This document shows, one piece after another, positions 1-9,766 of a stretch of DNA of 32,000 nucleotides. Both the position numbers and the translations under genes were made by a program. The DNA is from Ignicoccus islandicus DSM 13165 (GTDB lineage Archaea; Thermoproteota; Thermoprotei_A; Sulfolobales; Ignicoccaceae). Where the stretch lies: positions 1,290,001 through 1,322,000 of the forward strand of contig NZ_CP006867.1 of the NCBI RefSeq assembly GCF_001481685.1. Reading direction: 5' to 3'. Position 1 is the first letter of the stretch, and the number at the start of each line of letters is the position of its first letter. The notes under the pieces were generated by a model that saw nothing but the letters and a program-made list of their open reading frames with translations, made no database searches and was not told where the DNA came from.

Positions 1-579
1 TTCATCTCTGCCGCGCTTCTCAACTATTACGCTCTATTACTTTCTCCTATCTTTCCTATACTATCTACCATATACCCTCTACTCAAGAGATGTTGTCCTA
101 TAGCCCATTTCTGGTTAGGAGCTATACTAGGAAGCTCGGTAATAGGAGGTTCTATCGCAGTTAGCGGTGATGCACCGACCCTAATAGATGCGTTGGGGAG
201 GGTTCCCTGGATATACGTGATAAGCGTTTGGTTATGGGTGGCGTCGTTTGATTCGATATATGCTATTGAAGATATTGAATTTGATAGGAAATATGGTCTT
301 CATAGCGTTCCAGCCGACTATGGAATAGAAAAGACTAAAGCCATCGTTGAGTTCTCTTCACTCATTTTCTCCGCACTAATGATATGGAGCATGAAAGTGT
401 ACTCGTTAAACGTATTTTCCTCGCTATTAATGGCATACGGTTTAGGAACGTACTGGAAGTTAATTGGAATGTTGGAACTTGATCCCTATGAGGCCGCAAG
501 CAAAAGCTTGAATGTTAACGTAAAGGTTGGCGTTGCTTTAGGAGTGGCCCCTCTTTTGAAGCTATTGCCACTAATGTAG
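1..579 (+). CDS. UbiA-superfamily prenyltransferase, C-terminal part (5' end lies upstream of the window)
   Basis: Frame 1 is open from base 1 (FISAALLNYY...YPLLKRCCPIAHFWLGAILG...) into the listed 193..579 ORF. It carries the second Asp-rich motif YAIEDIEFDRKYGLHSVP and several hydrophobic helices, resembling the archaeal 4-hydroxybenzoate polyprenyltransferase-like ('ubiA_other') group. Confidence 0.75.
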   Translation, partial: FISAALLNYYALLLSPIFPILSTIYPLLKRCCPIAHFWLGAILGSSVIGGSIAVSGDAPTLIDALGRVPWIYVISVWLWVASFDSIYAIEDIEFDRKYGLHSVPADYGIEKTKAIVEFSSLIFSALMIWSMKVYSLNVFSSLLMAYGLGTYWKLIGMLELDPYEAASKSLNVNVKVGVALGVAPLLKLLPLM

Positions 580-614
580 TTTTCAAATAATTGTAGGTAA
601 CGTAGTTCTCATCT

Positions 615-1238
615 TCACATAACGTAATTTTTCCAATACCCTTCTTGAACTTCTTCAAGATCTATGCATATTTCTCGGGTTCTTACAGTTCTATCCTTCC
701 ACTTCTTCTTAGGTCTAACATCTGGGTATAGATACATTCGTCCATCGATTATCAAATATCTTATAACTCTTCTCTTATCCTTTACCCAAGGGAACCTCTC
801 TCTCCATTCCTTAAACGAATCGTTACTGATTACTATTCCATATTCGTTCTCGGCGGTTGCAAGAATGAAGTAGTCAGCTGGAGTATTAGGTGGTGCTTGT
901 ATTACCCTTCCAAGTTCTATCAACTTATCGAGCTTATCAGGCTTATCTATTTTATGACGTAGAGAGGCATCCGCGATCGCTATTACTTTAAACCCCCTTT
1001 CTTCGAGCGTCTTAATGGCTATCAAAGCCCTCTCAATACTTCCTTTCTTAGACTTTTTCTCACCATATAAAGCTATGTTAGATATATCTAAAACAGCGAC
1101 GTTCTGCGGTACCTTAATCTTGATGTTTTGGTTTTCCCTCTTCCTTTCGATTAATCTTTTCAAATACGGAAATGCGGTAATATACAATATACTGGTTAAG
1201 CTCGCAATAAGCGCCGCAATGACTATTTCGATCATCAA
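615..1238 (-). CDS. Membrane-anchored NYN-domain ribonuclease (Zc3h12a-like)
   Basis: The N-terminal ~24 residues are hydrophobic (IEIVIAALIASLTSILYITAFPYL). The rest follows the Zc3h12a/MCPIP1 NYN pattern: VAVLDISNIA (Asp/Asn), GFKVIAIADASLRHK, PADYFILATAENEYGIVISNDSFKEW, and RVIRYLIIDGRMYLYPDV (compare 'LLMYSFVNDKFMPPDD' in Zc3h12a). Confidence 0.65.
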   Translation of the reverse strand: MMIEIVIAALIASLTSILYITAFPYLKRLIERKRENQNIKIKVPQNVAVLDISNIALYGEKKSKKGSIERALIAIKTLEERGFKVIAIADASLRHKIDKPDKLDKLIELGRVIQAPPNTPADYFILATAENEYGIVISNDSFKEWRERFPWVKDKRRVIRYLIIDGRMYLYPDVRPKKKWKDRTVRTREICIDLEEVQEGYWKNYVM

Positions 1239-1306
1239 TTGTTATCCGAAGGTGAAACATCAATGAAGATTAAAGTAGAGTGCTGAGATATTCTTAAAAG
1301 GGTTAT

Positions 1307-2164
1307 TTGGGTTTGAAAATTGCCGTACCAAGCAAAGGGAGACTTAGAGACAAGACGCTGGAACTTCTCGAAGCTGCTGGTTTCGGAACGATATACGCTG
1401 ATCCTAGGGCCTTGATCATTCCAACTAAGTATAATGGGATTGACTTGGTATTTGTGCGTCCGGAAGACATTCCTTGGATCGTAGAAAGCGGTGCTGCCCA
1501 AATGGGTATTACTGGCCACGATTACGTTGTAGAGGCGGGGGTTGAGGTAGAAGAAGTTCTGGATCTAGGTTACGGAAATTCGCGACTCGTTCTCGCAGTT
1601 CCCAATAATCTTGGTATTGAAAAAGCAGAAGAATTACCCGAAGGTACAAGGGTTGCTACTAAGTTCGTAAATATTTCCAAGAAGTTTATAAACGAAAGAA
1701 ACCTTAAGTGGAAAATAATTAAGATCAGTGGATCCGCCGAAATAATGCCTGGACTAGGGGCTGCAGATGCGATAATTGACATTTCCTCTACCGGCACCAC
1801 GCTCCGGCTTCACGGATTAAAGGCTATAGAAGTACTATTGGAGAGTAGTGCGAGATTAATAGTTAATAAAGAGTTCGTTAACGACGATAAGGTCGAGCTA
1901 GTGAAAACAATGATAGAAGGTGTCTTAAAGGCTCGGAAGAAGAAGTTACTAATGATGAACGTTCCTGAGAGAAGTCTAAAGGAGGTCTTGTCTGTACTAC
2001 CATCCATGTCCGGACCCACCATAAGTAAAGTTGAAAGTACCGAACCAATGTGGGAAGTTATAGTAGCTATTGATGAAAGCGAACTTAATGACGTAATAAT
2101 GAAGGTTAAGTCCTCTGGTGCAAGAGACATACTCGTTGTAAATATAGAGAGACTTATTCCTTAG
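1307..2164 (+). CDS. hisG: ATP phosphoribosyltransferase, long form
   Basis: LKIAVPSKGRL N-terminus, GITGHDYV, the DISSTGTTLRLHGL motif, and a C-terminal regulatory domain at 285 aa. The start codon is TTG. Confidence 0.9.
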   Translation: MGLKIAVPSKGRLRDKTLELLEAAGFGTIYADPRALIIPTKYNGIDLVFVRPEDIPWIVESGAAQMGITGHDYVVEAGVEVEEVLDLGYGNSRLVLAVPNNLGIEKAEELPEGTRVATKFVNISKKFINERNLKWKIIKISGSAEIMPGLGAADAIIDISSTGTTLRLHGLKAIEVLLESSARLIVNKEFVNDDKVELVKTMIEGVLKARKKKLLMMNVPERSLKEVLSVLPSMSGPTISKVESTEPMWEVIVAIDESELNDVIMKVKSSGARDILVVNIERLIP

Positions 2165-2166
2165 GT

Positions 2167-3015
2167 TCATATTCTATGATATGAAATGAATCGAAAGATC
2201 GAAATACTTAAGCTGAATATAGATAGAATCAATAGAATTACTACTACTATACCTCTTCTCAGCTCAACTATTTCGTAAAGATAGATGCCATGTGTAGTGA
2301 GTACTGCGAGCACGTTATCACGTATCTTCAATTCTATTATCTCGCCATTTACCTTAGCTCTAGCCAACATGTTTAATCTATGGTCGTATATCTCTATGCT
2401 AGATCCCTCATAAGATACAATAAATTTTCCTGATATATCTATACCGGAACAGCTTCTTCCCTTAACTATGATTTCATCATTTCTTAGTAACATAATGTTT
2501 TCGTCCGTACAAATAGCTATTTCGTTGTTGTAGCAATTAATAGACTTTGGAATGCCTAACAAGTTACGCGTCTTCGTTCCAGTACCTACATGAACTTCCA
2601 GTTGCTCGTTTCTATAGATTACAAAGCCGTCGGAACAACTAGCACCCATAATGGCATCCGGAAAAGAATATCTAACGCCTTTCTCCATGTCTTCCACTAC
2701 TATGCCAGACGGAATTGAAACAACCAGAAATGGGGGTTTATAATTGCAGTTACTAACTAGTCCTTCTACATCAAAGCCTACTGGTCGTACACCTCCATCT
2801 ATTATTGAGTAGAAATACGTCCTTTCACCATCGAAGATTCCCAGAATGCCATTTGAGAGGCAAACTACATCGAAAGGCAATGTTAAGGTGAGATTAGCTA
2901 TATTCAGTACGTTTTGATAAGCGTATACTAGATCGCGTCCGAGTAATTCGATGCAACACGCGTTCACGTTAATGTAAATTAAAAGCATTAATCCTATTTC
3001 TGCGATCTCTTGCAC
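2167..3015 (-). CDS. Hypothetical beta-rich (propeller-like) protein with a C-terminal transmembrane anchor
   Basis: Long ORF with repetitive short beta-strand-like segments and a C-terminal hydrophobic helix (IVVVILLILSIFSLSISIF). I recognise no family. The listed start is GTG; an in-frame ATG at 2988 is an alternative start. Confidence 0.45.
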   Translation of the reverse strand: MQEIAEIGLMLLIYINVNACCIELLGRDLVYAYQNVLNIANLTLTLPFDVVCLSNGILGIFDGERTYFYSIIDGGVRPVGFDVEGLVSNCNYKPPFLVVSIPSGIVVEDMEKGVRYSFPDAIMGASCSDGFVIYRNEQLEVHVGTGTKTRNLLGIPKSINCYNNEIAICTDENIMLLRNDEIIVKGRSCSGIDISGKFIVSYEGSSIEIYDHRLNMLARAKVNGEIIELKIRDNVLAVLTTHGIYLYEIVELRRGIVVVILLILSIFSLSISIFRFISYHRI

Positions 3016-3034
3016 ACCCTTCGGGGATTAAATT

Positions 3035-3547
3035 TTGGTTGTAATAGTAATAAGCGGACCTCCCGGCAGCGGCAAAAGTACAGTAGCAAGATCATTGTCC
3101 TCTAAGCTCAGCTTACCAGTTCTTTCGGCAGGTTCAATATTTAGAAAGTTAGCAGAAGAACTGGGAGTTAGCGTTATAGAATTAAACAAACTGGCAATGG
3201 AAAAAATAGAAATTGACCTAAAGATTGATAAATTAATAATCGATGAGTCGAGGAAAGGAAACCTAATAGTTGAAAGTCATTTAGCGGCATGGATTTTGGA
3301 AAACGCTGATTTGAAGGTTTATCTAAATGCGCCATTAAATGAGAGAATAAAGCGAATAGCGAAGAGAGATAACATCAGTTTAGAGAGAGCAAGAGTTGAA
3401 GTAATAAGTAGAGAAGAACTTCAATGGAGAAGATTTAAGGTATTATATGGTGTAGACGTTACAGACCTATCTGTTTTCGATCTCTCCTTTAATACATCGA
3501 AAACCCCGTTAGAGGTTATAGTGAATACTATTATCAACTCCCTTTAG
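3035..3547 (+). CDS. cmk: Cytidylate (CMP) kinase, archaeal type
   Basis: P-loop ISGPPGSGKSTVA at the extreme N-terminus; SAGSIFRKLAEELGVSVIELNK; VESHLAAW; RIKRIAKRDNISLERA. Size (170 aa) and layout match archaeal Cmk. TTG start. Confidence 0.85.
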   Translation: MVVIVISGPPGSGKSTVARSLSSKLSLPVLSAGSIFRKLAEELGVSVIELNKLAMEKIEIDLKIDKLIIDESRKGNLIVESHLAAWILENADLKVYLNAPLNERIKRIAKRDNISLERARVEVISREELQWRRFKVLYGVDVTDLSVFDLSFNTSKTPLEVIVNTIINSL

Positions 3548-4409
3548 AGGTTTCCTCGCGACTCTTGCTTTGATCAATTTTTTTTATTTCTTCAACTATC
3601 TTCTCAGCTATTGAAAGGAACGCTTTCGCTGCTGGAGTTTCTGGATATTCCACGAAGAACGGTACGCCTTTATCGTTGCACTCGGAGATTCTTGGATCTA
3701 GAGGTACAGATCCTAGGAATGGAACCCCGGCTTCTTCGGCTATTTTCTTGCCCCCACCGGAACCAAATATTGGGTAAGTCTTACCATCGCAAGGACACGT
3801 AAACCCTGCCATGTTCTCAATTATTCCTAAAATCGGCAGCTTCAGTTTCTTCGCGAAGTTTATTGACTTCATCACTACTTTTTGAGAGACTTCTGAAGGT
3901 ATCGTGACAATGACTGCACCCGTAATGTCAGGTATCATTTGAGCCACCGTTAGGGGTGCGTCCCCTGTACCTGGAGGTAGATCTATTAATAGGTAATCTA
4001 GTTCTCCCCAATCGACGTTTTCTAGGAGTTCTAACATTGCGTTTGATAACATTGGACCTCTCCATATCACGGGGGTCGTATCGTCCGGTAGCATGAAGTC
4101 AACGCTAACTATCTTAACACCTAGTGGGCCCACGACGGGTATAATTCCCCTATCCGTCGCGAAAACTCGGTGTCCCTCGGTACCAGTCATCTTCGGTATA
4201 CTTGGACCGTAGAAATCAGCGTCTAGTATACCAACCTTATAGCCCTTGAAGGCTAATGCAAACGCTAGATTGGCAGTCACGAAAGATTTTCCTACGCCTC
4301 CCTTTCCGCTCATAACTGCAACTTTGTGTTTAACTCCACTCAACCTCTTCCTAATGCTTTCTTCTATTTCCTTGATCGGTCTAAATGGAAGTTTCTTTTG
4401 CGTAGCCAA
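3534..4409 (-). CDS. Mrp/NBP35/ApbC-family Fe-S cluster carrier ATPase
   Basis: Deviant Walker A MSGKGGVGKS, DLPPGTGD, and the CPxC-like FTCPCDGKTYPIFG motif typical of Mrp/NBP35. Confidence 0.9.
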   Translation of the reverse strand: MATQKKLPFRPIKEIEESIRKRLSGVKHKVAVMSGKGGVGKSFVTANLAFALAFKGYKVGILDADFYGPSIPKMTGTEGHRVFATDRGIIPVVGPLGVKIVSVDFMLPDDTTPVIWRGPMLSNAMLELLENVDWGELDYLLIDLPPGTGDAPLTVAQMIPDITGAVIVTIPSEVSQKVVMKSINFAKKLKLPILGIIENMAGFTCPCDGKTYPIFGSGGGKKIAEEAGVPFLGSVPLDPRISECNDKGVPFFVEYPETPAAKAFLSIAEKIVEEIKKIDQSKSREETSKGS

Positions 4410-4535
4410 TTTACCTACTACCCGAAGTTTAATGGGGTCAACATGAATAATAACTATATAACCTTGACTTACTTTAAGTCCCCTAAGGCTCCATGTTCAT
4501 TAATTTAAATTAACCAATCTGGGTTTGGACCGAAA

Positions 4536-5498
4536 ATGATAGTGAGTGCACGTGCTCCGACCAAGGTAACGCTATTCGGTGAACACGCAGTCGTTTACGG
4601 TTATCCAGCAATAGTTCTTTCAATACCAGAATACGTAGTAGTTGAAGGAGTTAGATCCGATAAATTCTTATTAAGAAGTGGTCCAGTTTACTTGAACAAG
4701 CTTTCTATAATAATAGGGGAAAATGCAATTCACGTAGCTCGAGATACAGAAAGCGATTTAGTTCGTTATTTCTCATACGTTCTTGAGGCCGTTAGATCAC
4801 TAGGCTTAAACGGATTGGAAATTTCTATAAAATCGAGATTACCAGTAGGGGCTGGCCTCGGAACCAGTGCTGCTGTAACCGTTGGAACAGTAGCTGTTGC
4901 ATCTAAAATTGCTGAAATGAACCTAACGAAGAAAGAGATAGCTAAGATTGCTTGGGAAGTTGAAAAGAAGGTCCAAGGGAAAGCGAGTCCTATGGATACT
5001 TTCGCTAGTGCGTTAGGTGGAGCCCTGTACATTTCTAAAGCAGGAAGCGATTGGAACATAAGAAGGTTGTCAGTTGAAAATCTGCCCCTAGTGATAGGAG
5101 TGTTTCGTAAAAGAAAGACTACTGGAGAGCTTGTTAAAATGGTTAACGAGAAGTTAAAAGAGATAAAAGTAATCGAGAGAGTGCTTGAAACAATAGGTGA
5201 AATAACGAATGAAGCCTTAAAGGCATTGGAAAACAAAGATCTAGCTCTATTAGGGGAATTAATGAACATCAACCATGGTCTTTTGGAGGCTTTAGGGCTG
5301 ACCAATAAGGAGGTCGCGTGCGCGATTCATTCACTTAAGCAAGCAGGAGCATTAGGTGCCAAAATGTCAGGAGCTGGTTACGGTGGCGCCGTTATAGCCT
5401 TAGGAGATGACTTGGATTCGCTGGTAAGTGTAATGAGGTCATGTGGTGCCGAGAAAGTTCTCAAGATTACTTCGCTATCGAATGGCGTAGAATACTAA
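4536..5498 (+). CDS. mvk: Mevalonate kinase (GHMP kinase)
   Basis: APTKVTLFGEHAVVYGYPAI N-terminus, GHMP motif PVGAGLGTSAA, and C-terminal KMSGAGYGGAVIAL. Confidence 0.88.
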   Translation: MIVSARAPTKVTLFGEHAVVYGYPAIVLSIPEYVVVEGVRSDKFLLRSGPVYLNKLSIIIGENAIHVARDTESDLVRYFSYVLEAVRSLGLNGLEISIKSRLPVGAGLGTSAAVTVGTVAVASKIAEMNLTKKEIAKIAWEVEKKVQGKASPMDTFASALGGALYISKAGSDWNIRRLSVENLPLVIGVFRKRKTTGELVKMVNEKLKEIKVIERVLETIGEITNEALKALENKDLALLGELMNINHGLLEALGLTNKEVACAIHSLKQAGALGAKMSGAGYGGAVIALGDDLDSLVSVMRSCGAEKVLKITSLSNGVEY

Positions 5499-5575
5499 GG
5501 TTTCAATGTTAACGTGACTTCGATTGCGTTAACTTTTAAGTGGTCTCGCAGAACATGAGGAATGAGTGACGAACT

Positions 5576-5722
5576 ATGGGTAGCCACGGTTCATTGACTA
5601 AGGCTGGAAAGGTTAGGAGCCAGACTCCAAAGATGCCTGCTAAAAACAGGAAGAATTTGCCCCCTAGAGTAAGAAACAGGAAAGAGTTCCTACGCCTCAA
5701 GAAGCAACTTGCTGCCGCTTGA
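5576..5722 (+). CDS. rps30e: 30S ribosomal protein eS30 (48 aa; not in the supplied ORF track)
   Basis: ATG 5576 to TGA 5720-5722 gives [48 protein letters not shown]. [16 protein letters not shown] is the conserved eS30 core, and the tail is very basic. Confidence 0.88.
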   Translation: MGSHGSLTKAGKVRSQTPKMPAKNRKNLPPRVRNRKEFLRLKKQLAAA

Positions 5723-7016
5723 TTTCAATCTCTCTATTTTTATTACTTCTTTCCATTAAGCTCTTAATTACTTTCTCAATAGCATCATCTACACTCATCG
5801 CCCTTAATCTAGTAGTCGGATGGAATTTGACGCTATCGGGATCCTTTAAGCCATGACCTGTAACAACACATACTACCGTTTCATCTCCATTGAAGTAACC
5901 ATTCTGTGCAAGCTTTATTGCACCCGCGATGCTCGCTGCCCCTGCAGGTTCAGCTGCTATTCCTTCTTCTCTTGCAAGGAGTCTTTGTGCCCTTATTATA
6001 TCGCTATCGCTAACTACTTCGAAAGTACCGCTAGATTCGGTTACCGCTTTCCATGCTTTGAACCAGTTTACGGGCTTGCCAATACGTATGGCAGTGGCCA
6101 GCGTTTCGGGATTCTCTGTAAATAATGGTGCATCTAGACCTAACTTAAATGCACTTGCAATGGGTGAAGAACCTTCAGCTTGTATTCCTGCCATTCTAGG
6201 CAGCGTGTCGCTATATCCCCAGTTCTTTAACTCTTTAAATCCTTTCCATATAGCTGAGATGTTTCCAGCGTTACCTACGGGAACTACTACGTGATCCGGA
6301 ACACCTATTTCTTCGAAGACCTCATATGCCAACGTTTTCTGTCCTTCAAGTCGCCAAGGATTAAACGAGTTTAATGGATAGAATTCTTCCCTTTGGGCAA
6401 GTCGTCGCGCAGTTTCTAGCGCATCATCGAAATTGCCTTCTATCTCAACTATAATTGCTCCATGGAGAATACTCTGAGCCATTTTCCCGAGAGCCACTTT
6501 CCCTCGAGGCAAGAGAAGGAAGGTTAAGAGCGATGCTCGGGAAGCATATGCTGCTGCTGAAGCTGCAGTGTTACCAGTCGATGCTGCAACCACCGCCTTA
6601 GAGCCCGACTCGCGCGCGAGAGTTATAGCTAAGCTCATTCCTCTATCTTTAAAGGAACCTGTTGGATTCGCTCCTTCAAACTTCACGTAAACCCTCCTGA
6701 CTCCTATAAGTTTCTCTAATTTCTCAACTCTAACTAGTGGCGTAGATCCCTCTCCCATAGTAATCGGATTCGATGTCTTGATAGGTAGGAATTCCTTGAA
6801 ACGCCATATTCCGTATATCCTGCTCCTTCGTCTGATTTCGTCAAAAGACGGTTTTTCATCGGGTTCGTAAATTACCTCTAGAGGTTGATTACAATAAGGA
6901 CATATGAAGAGTTTCTCTGAAGGTTCAAAAGTTCTATGACATTTGGGGCATCTTAGCTTAACGTCCACTGAGAGGTTACCCCTACCTTTGGGTTCTAGAT
7001 GGGGATTTATTTCCAC
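5697..7016 (-). CDS. thrC: Threonine synthase with N-terminal zinc-ribbon
   Basis: PLP-lysine motif [15 protein letters not shown]-terminal CPKC...CPYC ribbon, and the PVGNAGN loop. Confidence 0.9.
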   Translation of the reverse strand: MEINPHLEPKGRGNLSVDVKLRCPKCHRTFEPSEKLFICPYCNQPLEVIYEPDEKPSFDEIRRRSRIYGIWRFKEFLPIKTSNPITMGEGSTPLVRVEKLEKLIGVRRVYVKFEGANPTGSFKDRGMSLAITLARESGSKAVVAASTGNTAASAAAYASRASLLTFLLLPRGKVALGKMAQSILHGAIIVEIEGNFDDALETARRLAQREEFYPLNSFNPWRLEGQKTLAYEVFEEIGVPDHVVVPVGNAGNISAIWKGFKELKNWGYSDTLPRMAGIQAEGSSPIASAFKLGLDAPLFTENPETLATAIRIGKPVNWFKAWKAVTESSGTFEVVSDSDIIRAQRLLAREEGIAAEPAGAASIAGAIKLAQNGYFNGDETVVCVVTGHGLKDPDSVKFHPTTRLRAMSVDDAIEKVIKSLMERSNKNREIEIKRQQVAS

Positions 7017-7093
7017 CTCCTACGAAATAGATACGAAACGTGAAATCTAACGTATATGAGGTTATGTTCTCCTAGCTGTATCAGGTAAGTGAA

Positions 7094-8881
7094 ATGAAAT
7101 TTAAGTACATTGTAGAGACATTCGAAAAGATAGAAGTGACCTCATCGAGAATCCAAATAGTTGCCACGCTGAGCGCATTATTCAAGAAGGTAATAGAGGA
7201 AAATAAGGAAATAATAGATAAGGTAGTATACTTCGTACAAGGACGTTTATGGCCAGATTGGTATGGATATCCTGAGATTGGTATTGGAGAGAAAGGAATA
7301 ATAAAAGCAATAGCACTAGCTGCTAACGTTAGAGAAAGAGAAGTAGAGGAGCTTCTAAAGAGTCTAGGTGATCTTGGATTAGTTGCCGAGAGGCTTATCG
7401 CCAAGAAATCGTCTAGACCATCCGGCTTACTAAGTTTCACTCAAACCCAGAGCAAGGATCTAACCTTCGAAGAAGTTTACGAAACGTTAAAGAGAATAGC
7501 ATTCTTACAAGGTGAAGGGAGTAGAGATTTAAAGATAAAGAAGCTAGCCGGCTTATTGAAAAGGGCTTCACCGAAGGAAGCTAAGTATATTGTGAGATTC
7601 GTTGAAGGTAAACTAAGATTGGGGGTTGGTGATGCATCGATTATTGAGGCAATAGCATCTATCTTAGGTGTTCCAAAGGAGATTGTGGAAAGAGCCTACA
7701 ATCTCCGAGCTGACTTAGGTAACATAGCCAAAATAGCCTTCACTCAAGGTCCCGAGGCACTTAAGGCGATAAGACCTCAACCTGGCATTCCAGTTAGACC
7801 CATGCTTGCAGAACGCCTTCACGATCCGGTAGAGATATTAAAGAAGGTGGGTGGAAAAGGTCTTGCTGAATATAAATATGATGGTGAAAGGGCTCAGATC
7901 CACTTAACTAAAGAAGGAAAAGTAATAATATATTCTAGAAGATTAGAAAATATAACTCATTCGTATCCAGACGTTGTCAAGTACGCTAAAGAAAATCTAA
8001 AAGCGGAAGAAGCAATTGTAGAAGGAGAAATAGTTGCAGTTGATCCAAATACGGGTGAATTAAGGCCGTTTCAAGAGCTAATGCATAGGAGAAGGAAACA
8101 CGATGTTCACATAGCGATGAAGGAATATCCCGTTCACGTTAGGCTTTTCGATGCAATATTAGTGAATGGTGAAGACTTGACGAACAAACCCCTCCTTGAA
8201 AGGAGGGAGAGGCTTATTTCAATATTGAACCAAACTGATGAGTTCAGGTTAGCTACAGGGGAAATCGTTGATACCGTTGAAGAGCTTGAAAGGTTATTCC
8301 ATCAAGCAATTGCAGACGGTTGTGAGGGATTAGTAGTTAAAGCGATACACAAAGGGAGCATCTACCAAGCTGGAGCTCGGGGATGGCTCTGGATAAAGTA
8401 CAAGAGGGATTACAAGAGCGAAATGATAGAGCCAGTAGACTTAGTAGTAGTAGGTGCATTTTACGGAAGAGGTAGGAGAGGTGGAACCTTTGGTGCTCTA
8501 CTAATGGCGGGTTACGATGAGGATAAGGATGCATTCATGACTGTGTGTAAAGTTGGGAGTGGATTTACCGACGAGGACTTAGCGGAATTGCCAGATCTAT
8601 TAAAAGAGTATATAATACCTAATAAGCATCCCCGCGTGGTCTCGGAAATAAAACCCGATGTATGGATTCAACCTGCACTAGTTGCGGAAATAATAGGCGC
8701 TGAAATAACTCTAAGTCCTATTCATACGTGCGCAATCGATAAGGTCGAGAAGGGAACGGGGTTAGCGATAAGGTTTCCCAGGTTCATTAAGTGGAGACCC
8801 GATAAAGGTCCTCAAGATGCAACTACTTGTAAGGAGCTTCTAGAGATGTATAAAAGACAATTACGGAGAACTGTTGAGTAG
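7094..8881 (+). CDS. lig: ATP-dependent DNA ligase
   Basis: Adenylation motif I EYKYDGERAQIH, motif III VEGEIVA, motif IV, EGLVVK (motif V), WIKYKRDY, and a C-terminal OB domain. At 595 aa it matches the archaeal Lig1 type. Confidence 0.95.
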   Translation: MKFKYIVETFEKIEVTSSRIQIVATLSALFKKVIEENKEIIDKVVYFVQGRLWPDWYGYPEIGIGEKGIIKAIALAANVREREVEELLKSLGDLGLVAERLIAKKSSRPSGLLSFTQTQSKDLTFEEVYETLKRIAFLQGEGSRDLKIKKLAGLLKRASPKEAKYIVRFVEGKLRLGVGDASIIEAIASILGVPKEIVERAYNLRADLGNIAKIAFTQGPEALKAIRPQPGIPVRPMLAERLHDPVEILKKVGGKGLAEYKYDGERAQIHLTKEGKVIIYSRRLENITHSYPDVVKYAKENLKAEEAIVEGEIVAVDPNTGELRPFQELMHRRRKHDVHIAMKEYPVHVRLFDAILVNGEDLTNKPLLERRERLISILNQTDEFRLATGEIVDTVEELERLFHQAIADGCEGLVVKAIHKGSIYQAGARGWLWIKYKRDYKSEMIEPVDLVVVGAFYGRGRRGGTFGALLMAGYDEDKDAFMTVCKVGSGFTDEDLAELPDLLKEYIIPNKHPRVVSEIKPDVWIQPALVAEIIGAEITLSPIHTCAIDKVEKGTGLAIRFPRFIKWRPDKGPQDATTCKELLEMYKRQLRRTVE

Positions 8882-8955
8882 ACACTACACATACCATTAA
8901 CTTTCGCTGCCCTCCGTACTGTAGAAATAAATATGAAAAGTACTACTCTATAGTA

Positions 8956-9744
8956 ATGGGTCTAGTGAGGTATCTGAAAGTTTTCCTCTTGTTGACATTA
9001 CTTTCGGCTACAATTTTTTCAATTAAATGCGTAAGTAATTACGAACCTCTCCAAGAGAGGTGCACCAGGGTAGCAATAGAGGTAGAAGAGCTCTGGGGTT
9101 ACTCGGATGCCATAGTATATCTAGTTAATGATACTGTCTCATTCGTTTCCGGAGTACCCGAAAGCGGCGTATATGAGCTGCACATTGATATTAATATGGA
9201 AGAGATATTAGATTGCATTCTGGCACACGAATTAACCCATGTTCTTCAATTAGAGCGTGGACTGAGGTCTCAAAAGTGGTTCTTAGAGGGTCAAGCCGAT
9301 TTAAGCTGTTACTTGCTTTATCCGAATGAGTATAAATTCAAGGGATATATTGAGTGGGTAACTACTGGATACGGTAATTTCGATCCATACTTCTTTGGAA
9401 TTACCACACTCTATTTCATTCTTAAATCTAAAGGTATCGTGACGACCGAACTTTGGAAATATTCAAGTTTATCGTTTAACGAAGCTTTGGGATATTTCGT
9501 TAAAGCACTATCCACATGTGAAGTTCCATTTGGTGTATGTCCGAAGGCTCCAATGGGTGCAATCTATATTAAAGGAAGCGGTTGGGCAAAGGGAACTTAT
9601 TATATAGGTGAAGGAGCTAGATATGGTTCTATAATAATATTAAGAAACGGGGGAATGGTAATCAACTTACCGCAACCGAGCGTGCTTTCAATATTTATAA
9701 TCCATCGAATACGAAATAAAAAGCGAAAATCGATAAGTAGGTAG
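8956..9744 (+). CDS. Putative membrane-anchored zinc metallopeptidase-like protein (gluzincin / Peptidase_MA-like motif)
   Basis: N-terminal hydrophobic signal/anchor (YLKVFLLLTLLSATIF). HELTH at codons 91-95 (nt 9226-9240) is followed 16 residues later by WFLEGQADL, the HExxH...E arrangement. C-terminal TM segment followed by a basic tail (HRIRNKKRKS). Confidence 0.5.
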   Translation: MGLVRYLKVFLLLTLLSATIFSIKCVSNYEPLQERCTRVAIEVEELWGYSDAIVYLVNDTVSFVSGVPESGVYELHIDINMEEILDCILAHELTHVLQLERGLRSQKWFLEGQADLSCYLLYPNEYKFKGYIEWVTTGYGNFDPYFFGITTLYFILKSKGIVTTELWKYSSLSFNEALGYFVKALSTCEVPFGVCPKAPMGAIYIKGSGWAKGTYYIGEGARYGSIIILRNGGMVINLPQPSVLSIFIIHRIRNKKRKSISR

Positions 9745-9766
9745 AGATTACACCCATTGAAGAGAG

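Noticed and set aside
1235-1519. 94-aa minus-strand ORF overlapping the 5' end of hisG; also the similar antisense ORFs within hisG, mvk, thrC, polB, tpiA and others in the track.
   Set aside because: All lie within or opposite strongly supported genes. They have no recognisable motifs, and several would need overlaps of hundreds of nt.
3842-3875. Minus-strand GUGAUGA followed by CUGA 23 nt later.
   Set aside because: It is inside the Mrp-family coding frame, and the spacing is too short for a complete C/D sRNA.
7400-7450. Possible PCNA-interacting peptide in the ligase N-terminal domain (SGLLSFTQ).
   Set aside because: It matches only the L..F part of the PIP consensus, and I cannot recall the exact archaeal Lig1 motif well enough to support it.
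8235-8264. CUGAUGAG ... GAAA, superficially like a hammerhead ribozyme core.
   Set aside because: It is inside the DNA ligase frame (NQTDEFRLATGEI). I could not draw stems I to III from the flanking bases.
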